From the human T2T-CHM13v2.0 reference genome, Homo sapiens, in the NCBI RefSeq assembly GCF_009914755.1, contig NC_060933.1: a DNA stretch of 64,000 nucleotides; one strand, 5' to 3'. Made by a program: the position numbers and the translations under genes. Positions 12,796 to 25,965 of the stretch are shown here, in pieces. The first letter of the stretch is position 1; the number at the start of each line of letters is the position of its first letter. The notes below the pieces were generated by a model. The model saw only the letters and a program-made list of their open reading frames with translations. It did no database searches and had not been told where the DNA came from.

Positions 12796-14132
12796 AATTA
12801 AAAATCCAGTATCTATAACTTATACCATGAAGTTGCTAAAATACTGTGTCTTCTAGACATGGCAACATTTTAAGTAAAATAGAACTATACAGCACTCAAG
12901 TTTGCCTACACAAAAGTGTGTCTTTTAAATATTGTTATGCCAAGTATTTCTTCTCTTAATTTGTATTTTGCACAATTTACATCTCTACTACTTTGGTAAG
13001 GACAAAGGCCTGGATCATCTTGAGTGAAGTGGACCTGATTTGATTCTCCTCAGTGTACCTCCAATTCCCTCATGAAATCAAGAGATGATTCCTAGATGTG
13101 TAAAAACTTTCATTGACTTAGAAGAAATAAAGCTACCCTTTTGCTACTCAAGAAAATTTGATGTGGTCAAAACACAGTCCCCACCCACCTAGCAAGTCTG
13201 ACTCTTCAACCTTGACTGCTTGAGAGATAAACATGCCATTTCTGTTTTTTTACTTTCTCACAATGCATTCTATTTTAACGTGACTAATTTATACGAATTT
13301 ATCACTGAAAATTCTTGTTAATTTTTTAATGAAGAATAGATTCTTCTCATCATAAAAAGGGAGAGAGTGTTCCTCCAGATCAACATTTAACAAACTTTAT
13401 TTTCATAATTTCCAAGTGATTCAAGGGAATCCATATGTAGAGAACCATTTAAATCACAAGAACATCCTATACCTAGGAAAATCTGACAGGATGGTTTTAC
13501 CTCAGATATTGATATGTGTCAATATTTATACTTTAATAGTTATATCTACGCACATACATAAAAATACATACATAGATATATTATATGTGTACATGCATGT
13601 TTACATTTATGTACATATGTACATACAATAGTCACATGCTCACTCACTGATTAGCAATAAGATATGTTTATTTTTAAAGCTAGAAACTGAAAACCTTTTT
13701 CAGAGAAAATGGCCAGCCAACAGTGACATTTGTTTTTTGCTTTTTATTTCCTGTATGCAGGCAGGAGTAGCAGGGACAGACTGGGAAAGGGAAGCTGAGG
13801 AGATATAGGTATTTGATATGCATATTGAATTCCACTCAACAAGTATTTATTAAATGCCACCCACAACCAATGTAGCAATAAGCTTTGTTGTTGCAGAATA
13901 TATGAAGGAGGTAATATAAATATTGTTTATGCAAAAATACTTAGGAGAGTATATCATTCTTGACATTTAAGATGACTATGGTTTTACCTATTTAAGCCCT
14001 CAAATACATTAGCTTTGATCTTTTCCTTTTTAAAATGCAAACAAAGTTTAGGATTTTGGCCATTATAAACATACTATCTTGTAATTAAAGTGATGTTTTA
14101 GGATTTATTGATACATTCAAGAACCATCTGGT

Positions 14133-14461
<329 letters not shown>

Positions 14462-15633
14462 TTAAATAGTCCAGGACCTCTAAAATATTTGTGCATGTGT
14501 GTACGTGTGTGCACTTCTTATAGTTTTTCTGTCTCCCTTCTCACTTTCAGCCTGTTAATTATCATCTTTTACTGTTGTGAGTATGCTTGCCTGTAGCAGT
14601 CTTTTTCCTGCCTTTTACTTTACTTCTTTTAACCTAAGTGGCTTTGGAGACCAGGTAATAAGAGTTGCTAAAGATGTTTCTAAAATAAAAGTAAACAGGC
14701 TCAAAAGAAGTACCCAAGGATCTGTTTTGTGACTAGTGTGTGAGCGTTAGTTTATGGGCTTTGAATCATCTATTTTGATTGGTCATCACATCTTTTTCAC
14801 CTACTTCATGGCTCTTAACTATGTTCTAGAAAAGCAAGATTGCTAATGGGTTGAGCAAGACTGCCAATGGGTTGAGTTCTATTCCCGGTGAAAACAAGTC
14901 CCAAAGTCTTACTGCAGTTTTAGGCTTTCATAATTTAAGAATGATAGATACTGCAATCTTACTTTAAAATTATTTAAATGTTTAATTATTTATTTTCTTT
15001 TATATTTTTGGGGTTCTGAGAATTTTGAAAAATATACTTTTTTAGATTTCAATCATTTGCCATCTTCCATCAGAGGGATTAAAACTAAAATACAAATATA
15101 AATATATTATTATAAATGCCCAAAATTAGAGTGTAAAATAATTTAAATAAACAATTTTAAAAATGATTTTTGAAGGATATAGGAGTTATACTTCTAAACT
15201 TATTAAAGTTTAAGTCTGACTAAAACTTTTGGGGCACTTTATTATTACTTACCACAATAACATTGACTTAGAGAAAATTATAGTCTTTACTTTTTTCTGG
15301 TGGGAGATGTGTTTCAGAGGACATTTTAATCAAATCCATCTACTGGAATGTTTTAGAAAAGGGAGAGACCTAATGAGTAGGAGAAAAGTTACTGTTTTGA
15401 ATGCTTGCTTTGGTAGCTTGATTACAAAAATGACCCAAATTCTCTACCCCATTGCACTTTCTACATACAACAAAATCTCATATATACGTAAGTGTGGATC
15501 ATTTAGTCTGCTCCTATTTCTCTGTCCTTGCACCAATATCATGTTGGGTTATTTACTATAGTTTTATACTAATGTCTCAACATTTGATAGAGCAGGTCTC
15601 ATCTCATTCTTCTTATTCAAAATGATCCTATAT

Positions 15634-15750
15634 GCCAGGCATAGTGGCTCACACCTGTAATCCCAGCACTTTTGGAGGTCAAGGAGGAGGGTGGCTTGAG
15701 GCCAGGAGTTCAAGACCAGCCTGAGGAACATAGTGAGACCCTGTCTCAAA
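15634..15750 (+). mobile_element. Alu monomer (FLAM-like)
   Basis: Single Alu arm gccaggcatagtggctcacacctgtaatcccagcac...gagaccctgtctc. Confidence 0.85.
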
Positions 15751-15773
15751 AGGAAAGAGAAAGAAAGAAAGAG

Positions 15774-15828
<55 letters not shown>

Positions 15829-15932
15829 AGGAAAGAAGGAAAGAAGGAAAGAAGGAAAGAAGGAAAGAAGGAAAGAAAGAAAGAAAGAAGGAAAGAAGGA
15901 AAGAAGGAAAGAAGGAAAGAAGGAAAGAAAGA
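15748..15932. repeat. Compound purine microsatellite (GAAA)n/(GAAGGAAA)n grown from the Alu tail
   Basis: About 185 bp containing only A and G on the + strand. Confidence 0.95.
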
Positions 15933-16952
15933 TCCAAAGGATGAAAAACAGGAGAATTGTATAATTCTCCTATTAGACATTAAGGTATTGAGGTAAAAGC
16001 TTAGTCTTGAATCTCCCAATTCACAGAGTGTCTCCCACACTTCTATTTTAAGTAAATAAATGTTTAGTGTGTTTAATAAAGTAATAGATTGTGGAAAACA
16101 TAGATTAGATTCAACTGGAATATAATTTAGAAGAACCTCAAGGATTCCATCTAGTTTTGTAGCAAAAACAAACAACAACAAACAAACAAACAAAAAGAAA
16201 CAAGTTGCTGCAAACTAAAAATCCCATTAGCACCATACAGAATATATTACTATGGGTGCTCTAAAAGAGAAAAGGTAACAATAACACCCAGTTACAAAAA
16301 CAGATTGTTCAGTAAAATTAAACTTTAAATAGCATTTATTATTTATGGGCTAAAAAACTGAATGCAATTAATTACATTTTCTTCTAATCAGCAGCAAAGC
16401 AAGTGCCTCTATGGACTGTAGACTGAGCATCACCAATATCCCTACAGTAACTCTTAAAATGGTGCTAAATCCTTTATGAATGTATTGATGATTTTCTTTA
16501 TCTCAAATTTAAAAGGCCTTGCTACCCAGCTGGCCTCCAAATGTTGTTGTAGAAAAACATTGCAGAGAGAAAGATGACTCTTAGCCACAAAGTCAAAATC
16601 TTCATCATTTGCTCATAGATCTACCAGAAAAACAAAAACAATAACGAAAATGTTTTGCGTTACTTTTCTTGTATCCTATTTTATTCAATTTAAGACTTTT
16701 AATTATGGGCAATTAAAATTATGGCTTGGGACTTTATTTCTCCAAGTATAGCCTCCCTTCTCTGGAACAAGCTCACATATGCTTTGCTTACTAAGCCACT
16801 TCAATTGGTTGAGTATGTAAGTCATTTTATGTTGCTGGAACGTTTCTACTTCAATAAATTGAAATGAATGTGGGCTAACAACAAATAGATAAAAATATAG
16901 TACCACTTCCAGACATGAATGAAAGTTTGTATTGTTCTAGTCCTCTGACTAT

Positions 16953-17664
16953 TGTGAAAGAAAACAAATCTTGGGACCCCAACATCACTAAGCCAAGGTA
17001 AAAGTCAAGCTGGGAACTACCATCAGGCAACCTGCTTCCCATTTTATTCCTAAATAAGATAGCTACAAATATTTAAAAAAAAAAAAAAAAAACACTACTT
17101 ACCTCCACAATTTGCACACAAGGAAATTCCTTGTCAACATCAAGATCTTTACCCTAAAGCAGTTCTGCTGAATTTCACCCTGGCAATGCAAACTGATAGC
17201 TTATCTTCACAGGTTTGAGACAGAAAGTCATCCTTCTGCTCACCTGAGACAAATACATATCTGATTGTTTCCTCTGCCCTATTGTTTATGTAAAAACACA
17301 GATTCATTGAGCCAGTCTAAATTGTATTTTCAGTGCAAGGCTGATCAGATACTCAAAAGAATGCAACCTTTTATCTCTACCTATGACCTGGAAACTCCCC
17401 TGCCTCCCCTGCCTCTCCTGCCTCCCCGCCCTCACCACCTTTCCCACTTTGAGTTGTCTCACCTTTCCAGAAGGAACCAATGTACATCTTACACATATTG
17501 ACTGATGTCTCACATCTCCCTAAACATATAAAAGCAAGCTGCACCCTGATCACCTTGGGCACACATCAGGACCTCCTGAGGCTGTGTCTTGGGCACATCC
17601 TTAACCTTGGCAAAATAAGCTTGCTAAATTGATTGAGACCGCTTTTAGATACTTTGGGATGACA
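16953..17664 (+). mobile_element. MER4-family ERV1 solo LTR
   Basis: TG...CA termini (tgtgaaagaaaacaaatcttgggacccc...gatgaca). 4-bp TSD CTAT at 16949-16952 and 17665-17668. Confidence 0.88.
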
Positions 17665-18711
17665 CTATAAACAACTAAAAAACTGGATAAAATATGAAGC
17701 AGCTATTTTCTGTTGTTTGATGATAGGCAGTAAAGGACTTAAATTCTTGAGAAAAGGTAAACTAACAAGGTGATCCCCAAGGTCTCCCAATTCTCCGCCC
17801 GAGAACAATTTCCTAACCATAGTATGAAGCTCTGTAGCTAAAGTAGAGCATAATGATTCCACGTAACTGAAAAGCCAGAGAACAGGATCTAGGGGTACTG
17901 AAGTGTCTATTATCTACTGAACAGGGCCCTGAAGAGAAAGAGCTGTGTGGGAAAGGGAAATTCAGGCTTCCGAGTAAGGTTTTCAAATGAGTCCATGAGT
18001 GAGGACTGAGCTGGCATGTAGAGGGCATGAACATACCTACTGGACTTACCTGAGATCTGTCACCGTGAGACCTAGAATAGAACACTGATACTAAAGGCCA
18101 ATCAGTGCCAGGAGATACTGGAGTTCTAGTACAGCCAGAGTAGATAGATCTCATTAACACCTTCAGCATCCAACTAAGACACCTGGAAGGCTATTCCTTA
18201 GAAATAAAACTGTAACTGCCTGTAAGGTCTACCCTATACCTGCCCTAAAAAATCTTATAACCAATTTCAACATAATCCACATAGGAGACAGAATTAGGAG
18301 GTTGAGACCCACCAAGGTAGAACAACTTGAGAAGTATCTTGAACTTTATGCAGATCCATTATAATAAAATATAAAAGTACACCTTAACTTCACAGTTATA
18401 ACACAGCAATTTAACTGGCTACCAGAACAAACACACTTCAAAAAGAAAAAACAAAACACAATCCAGTGTACACATAAAAAAATCACTAAGTAGGCAAAGA
18501 AATAGAAAATAAACAAGCAAAAAAAATTAGCTAAAAGATACCAACACCAAACAATTAGATTTAGTAAATAAAGACTATGAAGAACATGTTATAAATGCAA
18601 TCTAGAACTTAAAATTAAATATGGCATTAATGAATTAATAGCAGACAAATAGAAAAAGATGGATTACATAAAGGGAATAATATCAATTATACTTGACTTT
18701 CTATCAAAATA

Positions 18712-21114
18712 GAGGCATACCTTGGAGATACTGTGGGTGTAGTCCCCACCACTGCAATAAAGTAAATATCACAATAAGGCAAATCACATAAATATTTTTG
18801 TTTGCCACTACAATTAGAAGTTATGTTTGTAGTATACTGTAGTCTATTAAGTATGCAAAAGCATTACGTCTTTAAAAAGTACATACTTTAAAAATAATCT
18901 ATTGCTTAAGAAAGTGCTAACAATCATCTGAGCCCTCAGAAACTTGTAATCTTTTTGCTGATGGAGGTTCTTGCCTTGATGTTGATAGCTGCTGACTGAT
19001 CACCATGGTGGTTGCTGAAGATAGAAGTGATTGTAGCAATTTCTTTTTTTCTTCTTTTTTTTAAGGTAAAAGTAAGTTTACTAGAGAAGTAAAGAAACAA
19101 AAGAATGACTACTCTATAGGCAGAGCATCCCAGCTGTGGCAATTTCTTAAAATAAGACAACAAAAAAGTTTGCCACATTGAATAAAGCTTCCATTCATAA
19201 AAGCTTTCTCTGTAGCACACGATGCTGTTTGATAGCATTTTATCCATAGTAGAACTTCTTTCAAAATTGGAGTCAATCCTCTCAAAACCTGCTGCTGCTT
19301 TGTCAACTAAGAGTATGTAATATTCTAAATTTTTGGTTGTCATTTCAGCAACGTTCACAGCGTCTTCAACAGGAATAGATTCCATCTGAAGGAACCACTT
19401 TCTTAGCTCATCCATAAGAAGCAACTCCTCACCCATTCAAGTTTTATCACAAGATGACAGCAATTCAGTCACATCTTCAGTCTTCACTCCTAATTCTAAT
19501 TTCTTGCTGGCATCTGCAGTCACTTCCTCTACTAAAGTGTTTAGTTATTCATGAGGTTGGAATCAAATTCTTCCAAACTCCTATTCATGTTGATATTTTG
19601 ACCTCAGTCTATGATTTAGAAATGTTTTTAATGGCATCTAGAATGCAGAATTCTTTCCAGAAAGTTTTCAACTTGCTTTGCCTAAATCCAACATGTATTT
19701 ATCAACTAATAAGACTTCAAAGTTTAAATTACTTCTTAATTCATAGGCTGGATTTATTAGCAGGTATAAAAGCAGTATTAATCTCCTTGTATACCTCCAT
19801 CAGCTCTCTTGGGTGACCAGGTGCATTGCCAATGAGCAATAATATTTTCAAAGGAATATTTTCTTTCCTGAGCAGTAAGTCTCAACAGTGGGCTTAAAAT
19901 ATTCAGTAAGCCATGCTGAAAACAGATACGCTCTCATCTAGGCTTTGTTATTCCATTTATAGAGCACAGGCAGAGTAGATTTAGCATGATTCTTAAGTGA
20001 TTTAGGATTATTGGAATAATAAATGAGCATTGATTTCAACTTAGTCATCAACTGCATTAGCCCCTAACAGAGAGTCAGCCTTTCCCTTGAAGCTTTGAAG
20101 CCAGGCATTGACTTCTCCTCCCTAGCTGTGAACGTCCTAGATGGCATCTTCCAACAGAAGGCTGTTTTACCTACGGTGAAAATCTGTTGTTTAGTGTAGC
20201 CACTTTAATCAATGATCTTCGCTAGATCTTCTGGATAACTTGTTGGAGCTTCTACATCAGCACTTGCTGCTTCATCTTGCACTTTTACGTTATGGAGATA
20301 GCTTCTTTTCCTTAAACCTCATGGTCCAACCTGTGCTAGTTTCAAACTCTTCTTCTTCAGCTTCTTCACCTCCCTCAGCCTTCGTAGAATCAAAAGAGTT
20401 AGGGCCTTGCTCTGGATTACATTTGACTTAAGGGAATGTTGTAGCTGGTTTGATTTTCTATCCAGATCACTTAAACTTTCTCCATATCAGCAAGGCTGTT
20501 TTGCTTTCTCATCCTTTGTGTGTTCACTGGAGTAGCACTTTAAATTTCCTTCAAGAACTTTTTCTTTGCATTCACAACTTGGCTGAATGTTTGGCACAAG
20601 AGGCCTGCTTTTTGGCTTATTTCAGCTTTCAACATGCCTTCCTTACTATGTTTAATCATTTCTAGCTTTTGATTTAAAGTCAGAGATGCGCAACTCTCCT
20701 TTTCACTTGAACACTTAGAGACCATTAATTGGTCTAATTGCAATATTGTGTCTCACAGAATAGGGAAGCCCAAAGAAAGGGGAAAGGCAGAGGAGTGGCC
20801 AGTCAGTGGAGTAAGCAGAACACACATACGTTTGTCAATTAAAGTTGCCATCCTATATGGGCAAGATTGTGGTGCCTCAAAACAATAGTAACGTCAAAGA
20901 TCACTGATCACAGATACATAACAGATACAATACAATAACAATGAAAAAGTTTGAAATGGTGCATGAATTACCAAAGTGTGACACAGAGACACAAAATGAG
21001 CACATGCTTTTGGGAAAATGGCATTGATAGACTTCTTCAACACAGGGTGGTCACAAACCTTCAATTTGGAAGGAGCAAAATATCTATAAAGAACAATAAA
21101 ACGAGCTATGCCTG
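18712..21114 (-). mobile_element. Near full-length Tigger1 DNA transposon with decayed transposase
   Basis: TIRs (g)aggcatacct.../...gctatgcctg with TA at 18710-18711 and 21115-21116; about 2.4 kb. ORF 20540..20743(-) [24 protein letters not shown] matches the Tigger1/TIGD1 N-terminus; ORF 18936..19436(-) matches the C-terminal part. Confidence 0.93.
19046..19134 (-). mobile_element. Retroposed poly(A)-tailed 3' (R-region) fragment of a MER41-like LTR
   Basis: Minus strand reads gctctgcctatagagtagtcattcttttgtttctttacttctctagtaaacttactttt plus an A tail. TSD tgt(a/g)gcaatttctt at 19032-19045 and 19135-19148. Confidence 0.75.
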
Positions 21115-21809
21115 TACATCAAGGGACAGAAGACAATGAAGCAACTTCTTTAAAATTCTGAAAGAAAAAAGTTTCAGTCCAGAATACTATATAGAGGTAA
21201 AATATTATTTATTTGTTACCAGCCCATCTACACTGCAAAAAAAAAAAAAAAAAAAAAAAAAAATGCTAAAAGAGATTCTTCCAGCTGAAGAAAATAAATT
21301 CCAGATGAAACGTGAACATATGGGAAGTAATAAAGAATAAAAGAAATGCTAAATAAATGAGTGAATTAAAAAGAACAGTGTGTTTTTTATTTTTGAAATT
21401 TCCTTAAAAGGTTGTTTAAAGCAAAAGTAATACTATTTTAAGTTGTAATTGATAATACACATAGAAATATAAGACATAGCAACAAGAGCACAAAAGAGGA
21501 AGCAAGTAAATAGAATTATGCTATGGTTGAGATAGTACAGCATGAATTTGGAAGTAAAAGTGGAAACTGAAAGGCCTGAAATATAAAATGATACAATATG
21601 AACACTCACTAGGCTTTGATAGGTGAAGGATGTGTGTTGTTAGTACTAGCTCAACCAGTAAAGAAAATAAACAGTTATACCTATGAAGCCAATAGAGAAC
21701 ATAAATGTACATATAAAAAAATTGATAAATGCAAAGATGACAAGAAAACATGACCATAGAAACAAAAACAAAATGGGTAAATGGAAAACAAATAGTATGA
21801 TGGTACATT

Positions 21810-22011
21810 TAAACACGATTATGTAAAAAATTACATCAAATATATATATATAAGAAACATCCCTATTGAGACAGAGATTGTCAAACTGAATGCAAACCAA
21901 GAGCCAACTACTTACACATGACTATGTCAAAAATTATATTAGATGAATATATAAGAAACATCCCTATTGAGATAGATTGTCAAACTGAATAGCAAACCAA
22001 GACCCAACTAC
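21810..22011. repeat. About 100-bp tandem duplication inside L1M
   Basis: atataagaaacatccctattgaga..agattgtcaaactgaat..gcaaaccaaga.ccaactac occurs twice head-to-tail. Confidence 0.85.
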
Positions 22012-24388
22012 ATGCTTCCTACAAAAAAAAATAATAATTAAACATAAAGACACAGATAGAGTGAAAGTAAAAGATGAGAAAAGATGTAGCATGAAACCAA
22101 TAGATATAAGAAAGCTGGTGCAGCTATATTTGTATAGGATGGATTAGACTTCAAAATCAATAGTATTACTAGAATTCAAGAAGAATATTTCATAGTGAGG
22201 AAAAGTGAAATTTATCAGTAAGAAATAACAGTTCTAAATGTGTATACAACTAAAAAATTGGGTTCAAAATACAGGAAACAAAACCTGACAGAACTAAAAG
22301 GAAACATCAAAATATTCAAAAGCATACCTGCAGATACTTGAAACCCTTCTTTTAGTAATTAATAGAACAATTAAACAGCAACTCAGTAATAATGTAGACA
22401 ATCTGAACAGTATTAACTTCACCTAACTGACATTTATAGAATACAGCATTCACCACCTGCAAAACACACATTTCTCTCAAGTGCACATAAAATGTTCATC
22501 AAGATAGACCATATGATAGCCCATAAAATATGTCTCAATAAATTTCAATGATGGAAATTTTTCAGAGTATGTTCTGTAACTGCAATGGAATTAAATTCAA
22601 AATCAATAACAAGGTATATATAGTAATTCCCAAAATATTTTGAAATTAAATAGCAGATCCATAAATGGGAAATCATTACAAAAATGAGAAGATATTTTAT
22701 ACAAAATATTAATAAGAATATGACATATCAAAATGTAAAGGATACAGCTAAAACATTGTATAAGAGGATGTTTATAGTCTTACGAGAGTATATTAGAAAG
22801 GAAAAGTTGAAAGTAAGTGACTTACATTTACACATTAGAAAACAAAAAGCAAGTTAAAAATAATTAGAAAGATCACATAATAAATATTGGAAGAGATATC
22901 AGAATCAACAATATACTAGCAATAGGGGAAATAACAAAGGCAAAGTGGATTCTTTTAAAATGTTAAGAAAATTGATAAAACCTTTAAAATACTCATCAAG
23001 TAAAAAGGGAAGCCACAAGTTTTCAAAATTGGTATGAGAGATGTTATATCACTATAGATCCTAAAGATACTAAAAGTATAACAAATGAATAAAATAAAGA
23101 ATGTTATACCAATAAACTTGATAACTTAAATGAAATTCACAAATCTCTTGAAAACATTTAGTAAAACTAACTGAAGAAAAAGTAAAATGGCAAATAGTCA
23201 CATATTTATTAAGGATAATAAAGAGAAATTCTTCTGACAGATACAACTTGAGGGTTAGATGGTTTTTCTAGTGAATTTTATCAAACATTTAAGGAAATAA
23301 TACTAATTTTACAAAAAATCTTTTAAGTACTAGAGAAGATAATACTTTTCAATTCTTTTTATGAGGACAACATAACCCTGATAACAAAACCAAAGATATT
23401 ACAAGAAAATAAAACTACAGATCATCGTTCATCATGAATATATATGCAAAAATCCTCAACAAAACATTAGCAAATAGAAGTCAGCAATATATATCAAAGA
23501 CAAGACTTCATGATGCAGTGGGATTTATCCCAGAAATGCAAGGTTATTTAAACATTCAGAAATCAATAATGTGTTTCACCATATTAGCAGAACAAAGGAG
23601 AACAACCAAATGAACATCTTGGTACTTCCTGAAAAACCACTGTATAAATATCAAGCACTTACATATATGAACTCAGGAAACTAGAGATAGAAGGGAATTT
23701 TTTCTAACTTGATAATGGACATACATTAAAAAATAACTTAATCATACTTAATGATCAGAAACTGAACACTAAGAGCAAGAATCAGGCAAGAACAACCACT
23801 CTTGTGAATTCTATTTTATATTGTACTGGAGATCTGGTCTGGCCAGTACAATGAGCCAAGAAATAAAAATCATAAATATTGAAAAGAAGTAACACTGTTG
23901 GTATTCTTAGACAACATGCTTACCTTGTTGAAAATATCAAGGAATCAAAAAAAATTATAATTAGTAAGTGAACTCAACAAGATCACAGAATATAAGATAA
24001 AGTATGATAATCACTGGTAAATTGGATATCATCACAATTTAAAACTTATCTTCAAGAATAATTATTAAGAAAATGAAAAGTCATGCCATACCTATGGCAA
24101 TAAAATATTCTGAAATCATATATGTATATAAGACAAACAACCAAATTAAATACAGACAAGAGACTTCTACAGATACTTCAGAAAAAAAGATATGACTAAT
24201 AAGAATATGAATTGAAATAGTATTTCAATTTTGGTTCTAATGTGCATTTTCAAGATGAAACATTGTTTCATCAATTCTGGTTCTAGTGTGCCAAAATTAT
24301 GCGGTTCTAATGTGGTTCAATAAAACATTGTTTCATTCGATTTTAGTCCCTTTTTTATATAGTGGTAAACAGCTTTCATTTTTAGTAT

Positions 24389-24508
24389 CTTTTTTTAGAA
24401 TACTTTAAGTTCTGAGATATATGTGCAGAATGTGCAGGTTTGTTACATAGATACACATGTGCCATGGTGGTTTGCTTCACCCATCAACCCATCATCTACA
24501 TTAGGTAT
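24389..24508 (-). mobile_element. Short L1PA 3' end (L1PA7-like)
   Basis: atactttaagttctgagatatatgtgcagaatgtgcaggtttgttacatag..gtgccatggtggtttgc..catctacattaggtatt. Confidence 0.88.
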
Positions 24509-25699
24509 TGGTTTTAATGTGCATTTTCATCATAAAAATGTTTCATTATGTTTCATGATGAAATTTCACATTGGAACAAAAATTGAAATAACATTTAACA
24601 TCCACTAGAGTAACAAAAATTGAAAGCATAACAATTCTAAGTTTTGACAAAGATGTCCAGCAAATTGAGCTCTCATGAAATTCTAGTGGGCTTACAAAAT
24701 TGTGCAACTACTTTGGAAAGGAATTTGGCAGTTAAGATAAACATATACTTATCACATGATTTGGCAGTTCCACTCCTAAGTATTTACCCAAGAGAAATGA
24801 AAATATATGTCTACCAAATAATTCAAGTATGTTCATAACACCTTTATTTATACTAGCACCAAGCTGGAAATAAACTAAGTGTATATCAACAGGGAAATGA
24901 ATTTTTAAAAACTACAGAATGACCATAAAGTGGCATCGTAGTCAACAACAAAAAGAAACAAAATAACTGCTATAAACAGCAATGTGGATGACTTTTTAAA
25001 ATATATGTTAATCAAAATAAGTCAGACAAGTTCTAGGATAGGAAAACAAGTTCTAGAGCAAGAAAGTCCATGGTCTTTTGGTGCCAAGAGGGAGGTGGAG
25101 TCATAGATTGCAAAGGAACACAAGGGAAACTTCTGGAACAATAGAAATGTGTGTTTTGAGTGATGTAATGGTAATCTAGGGGCATGCATTTGTCAAAACT
25201 CATTCAACTATACACTTAAATGTATATATTTGTATAAAAATTGTAGCTTAGCAAAGTTTATTTAAAAAGAAAGAATCATTCTAGCAGGTTTGTTGAAAAT
25301 AAATAATCAGAGGGCAAGGGTAGAAAGAAACATGTCACGAGGCACACAATAATGAGATGGAACTTAGTTTACATCTTTTGTGGGGGACAGGAGAAAAATG
25401 TTTCTGTTACTGGAATTCTCCATTCCCAGATATCAACTAATAAGAATGAAAGACCCCTTCTAAGACCTCAGTCTAGCCTTTGGTAGAACAGCCATTGTTA
25501 AGTTTCTCATTAGAAACAGGAAGCTGACATGGATAGGGTAAAAAGTTCCCACACTTTTATTCTAGTAGGCACTCAAGTGGAAGCAGGGAAGAAGCAAATA
25601 TTATTTAGAACATTAATATGGCCCACTGGGCTCATGAGAAGTAGAACACTATTTCCTGCCTAAGTTATGAGGCCGTATGGATGTATTTCCTTTTTCTTT

Positions 25700-25965
25700 C
25701 TATCTTTTCTTTTTTTTTTCTGACAGGTCGAAAAAAAGAGGAAGACAGTCAGGGTCTCCCTCTGTCACCCAGACTGGAGTGCAGTGTTGCAGTCATGGCT
25801 CGCTTCAGCCTCAGACTCCTGGGCTCAAGCAATCCTCCCACCTCCACTTCTCAGAGTAACTGGGACCACAAGCACAAGGTGCTGTGCATGCTGGTCATGA
25901 GCACTTAGCCTCAGCTATCTTTGCAAAGTGCTAGGATTACAGGCATGAGCCACTGTGCCCAGCCT
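25700..25965 (-). mobile_element. Degenerate AluJ
   Basis: agggtctccctctgtcacccagactggagtgcagtg..gggctcaagcaatcctcccacc..caaagtgctaggattacaggcatgagccactgtgcccagcc. Confidence 0.88.

Larger units (their letters stand above)
17700..25270 (+). mobile_element. Long degraded L1M element (5' region, ORF1 remnant, ORF2, 3'UTR), split by Tigger1 and an L1PA piece
   Basis: ORF1-like sequence continues across Tigger1 (gactttctatcaaaata|catcaagggacagaagacaatg). ORF2 motifs at 22000-24000 (atgcaaaaatcctcaacaaaacattagcaaatagaa). 3'UTR at 24600-25270. 5' boundary uncertain. Confidence 0.75.

Noticed and set aside
15564-16193. 209-aa and overlapping K/E/R- or F/L/S-rich ORFs
   Set aside because: They are translations of the GAAA microsatellite and Alu monomer, which lack stops by composition.
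18936-20743. TIGD1-like ORFs
   Set aside because: They are fragments of a decayed Tigger1 copy with no continuous frame.
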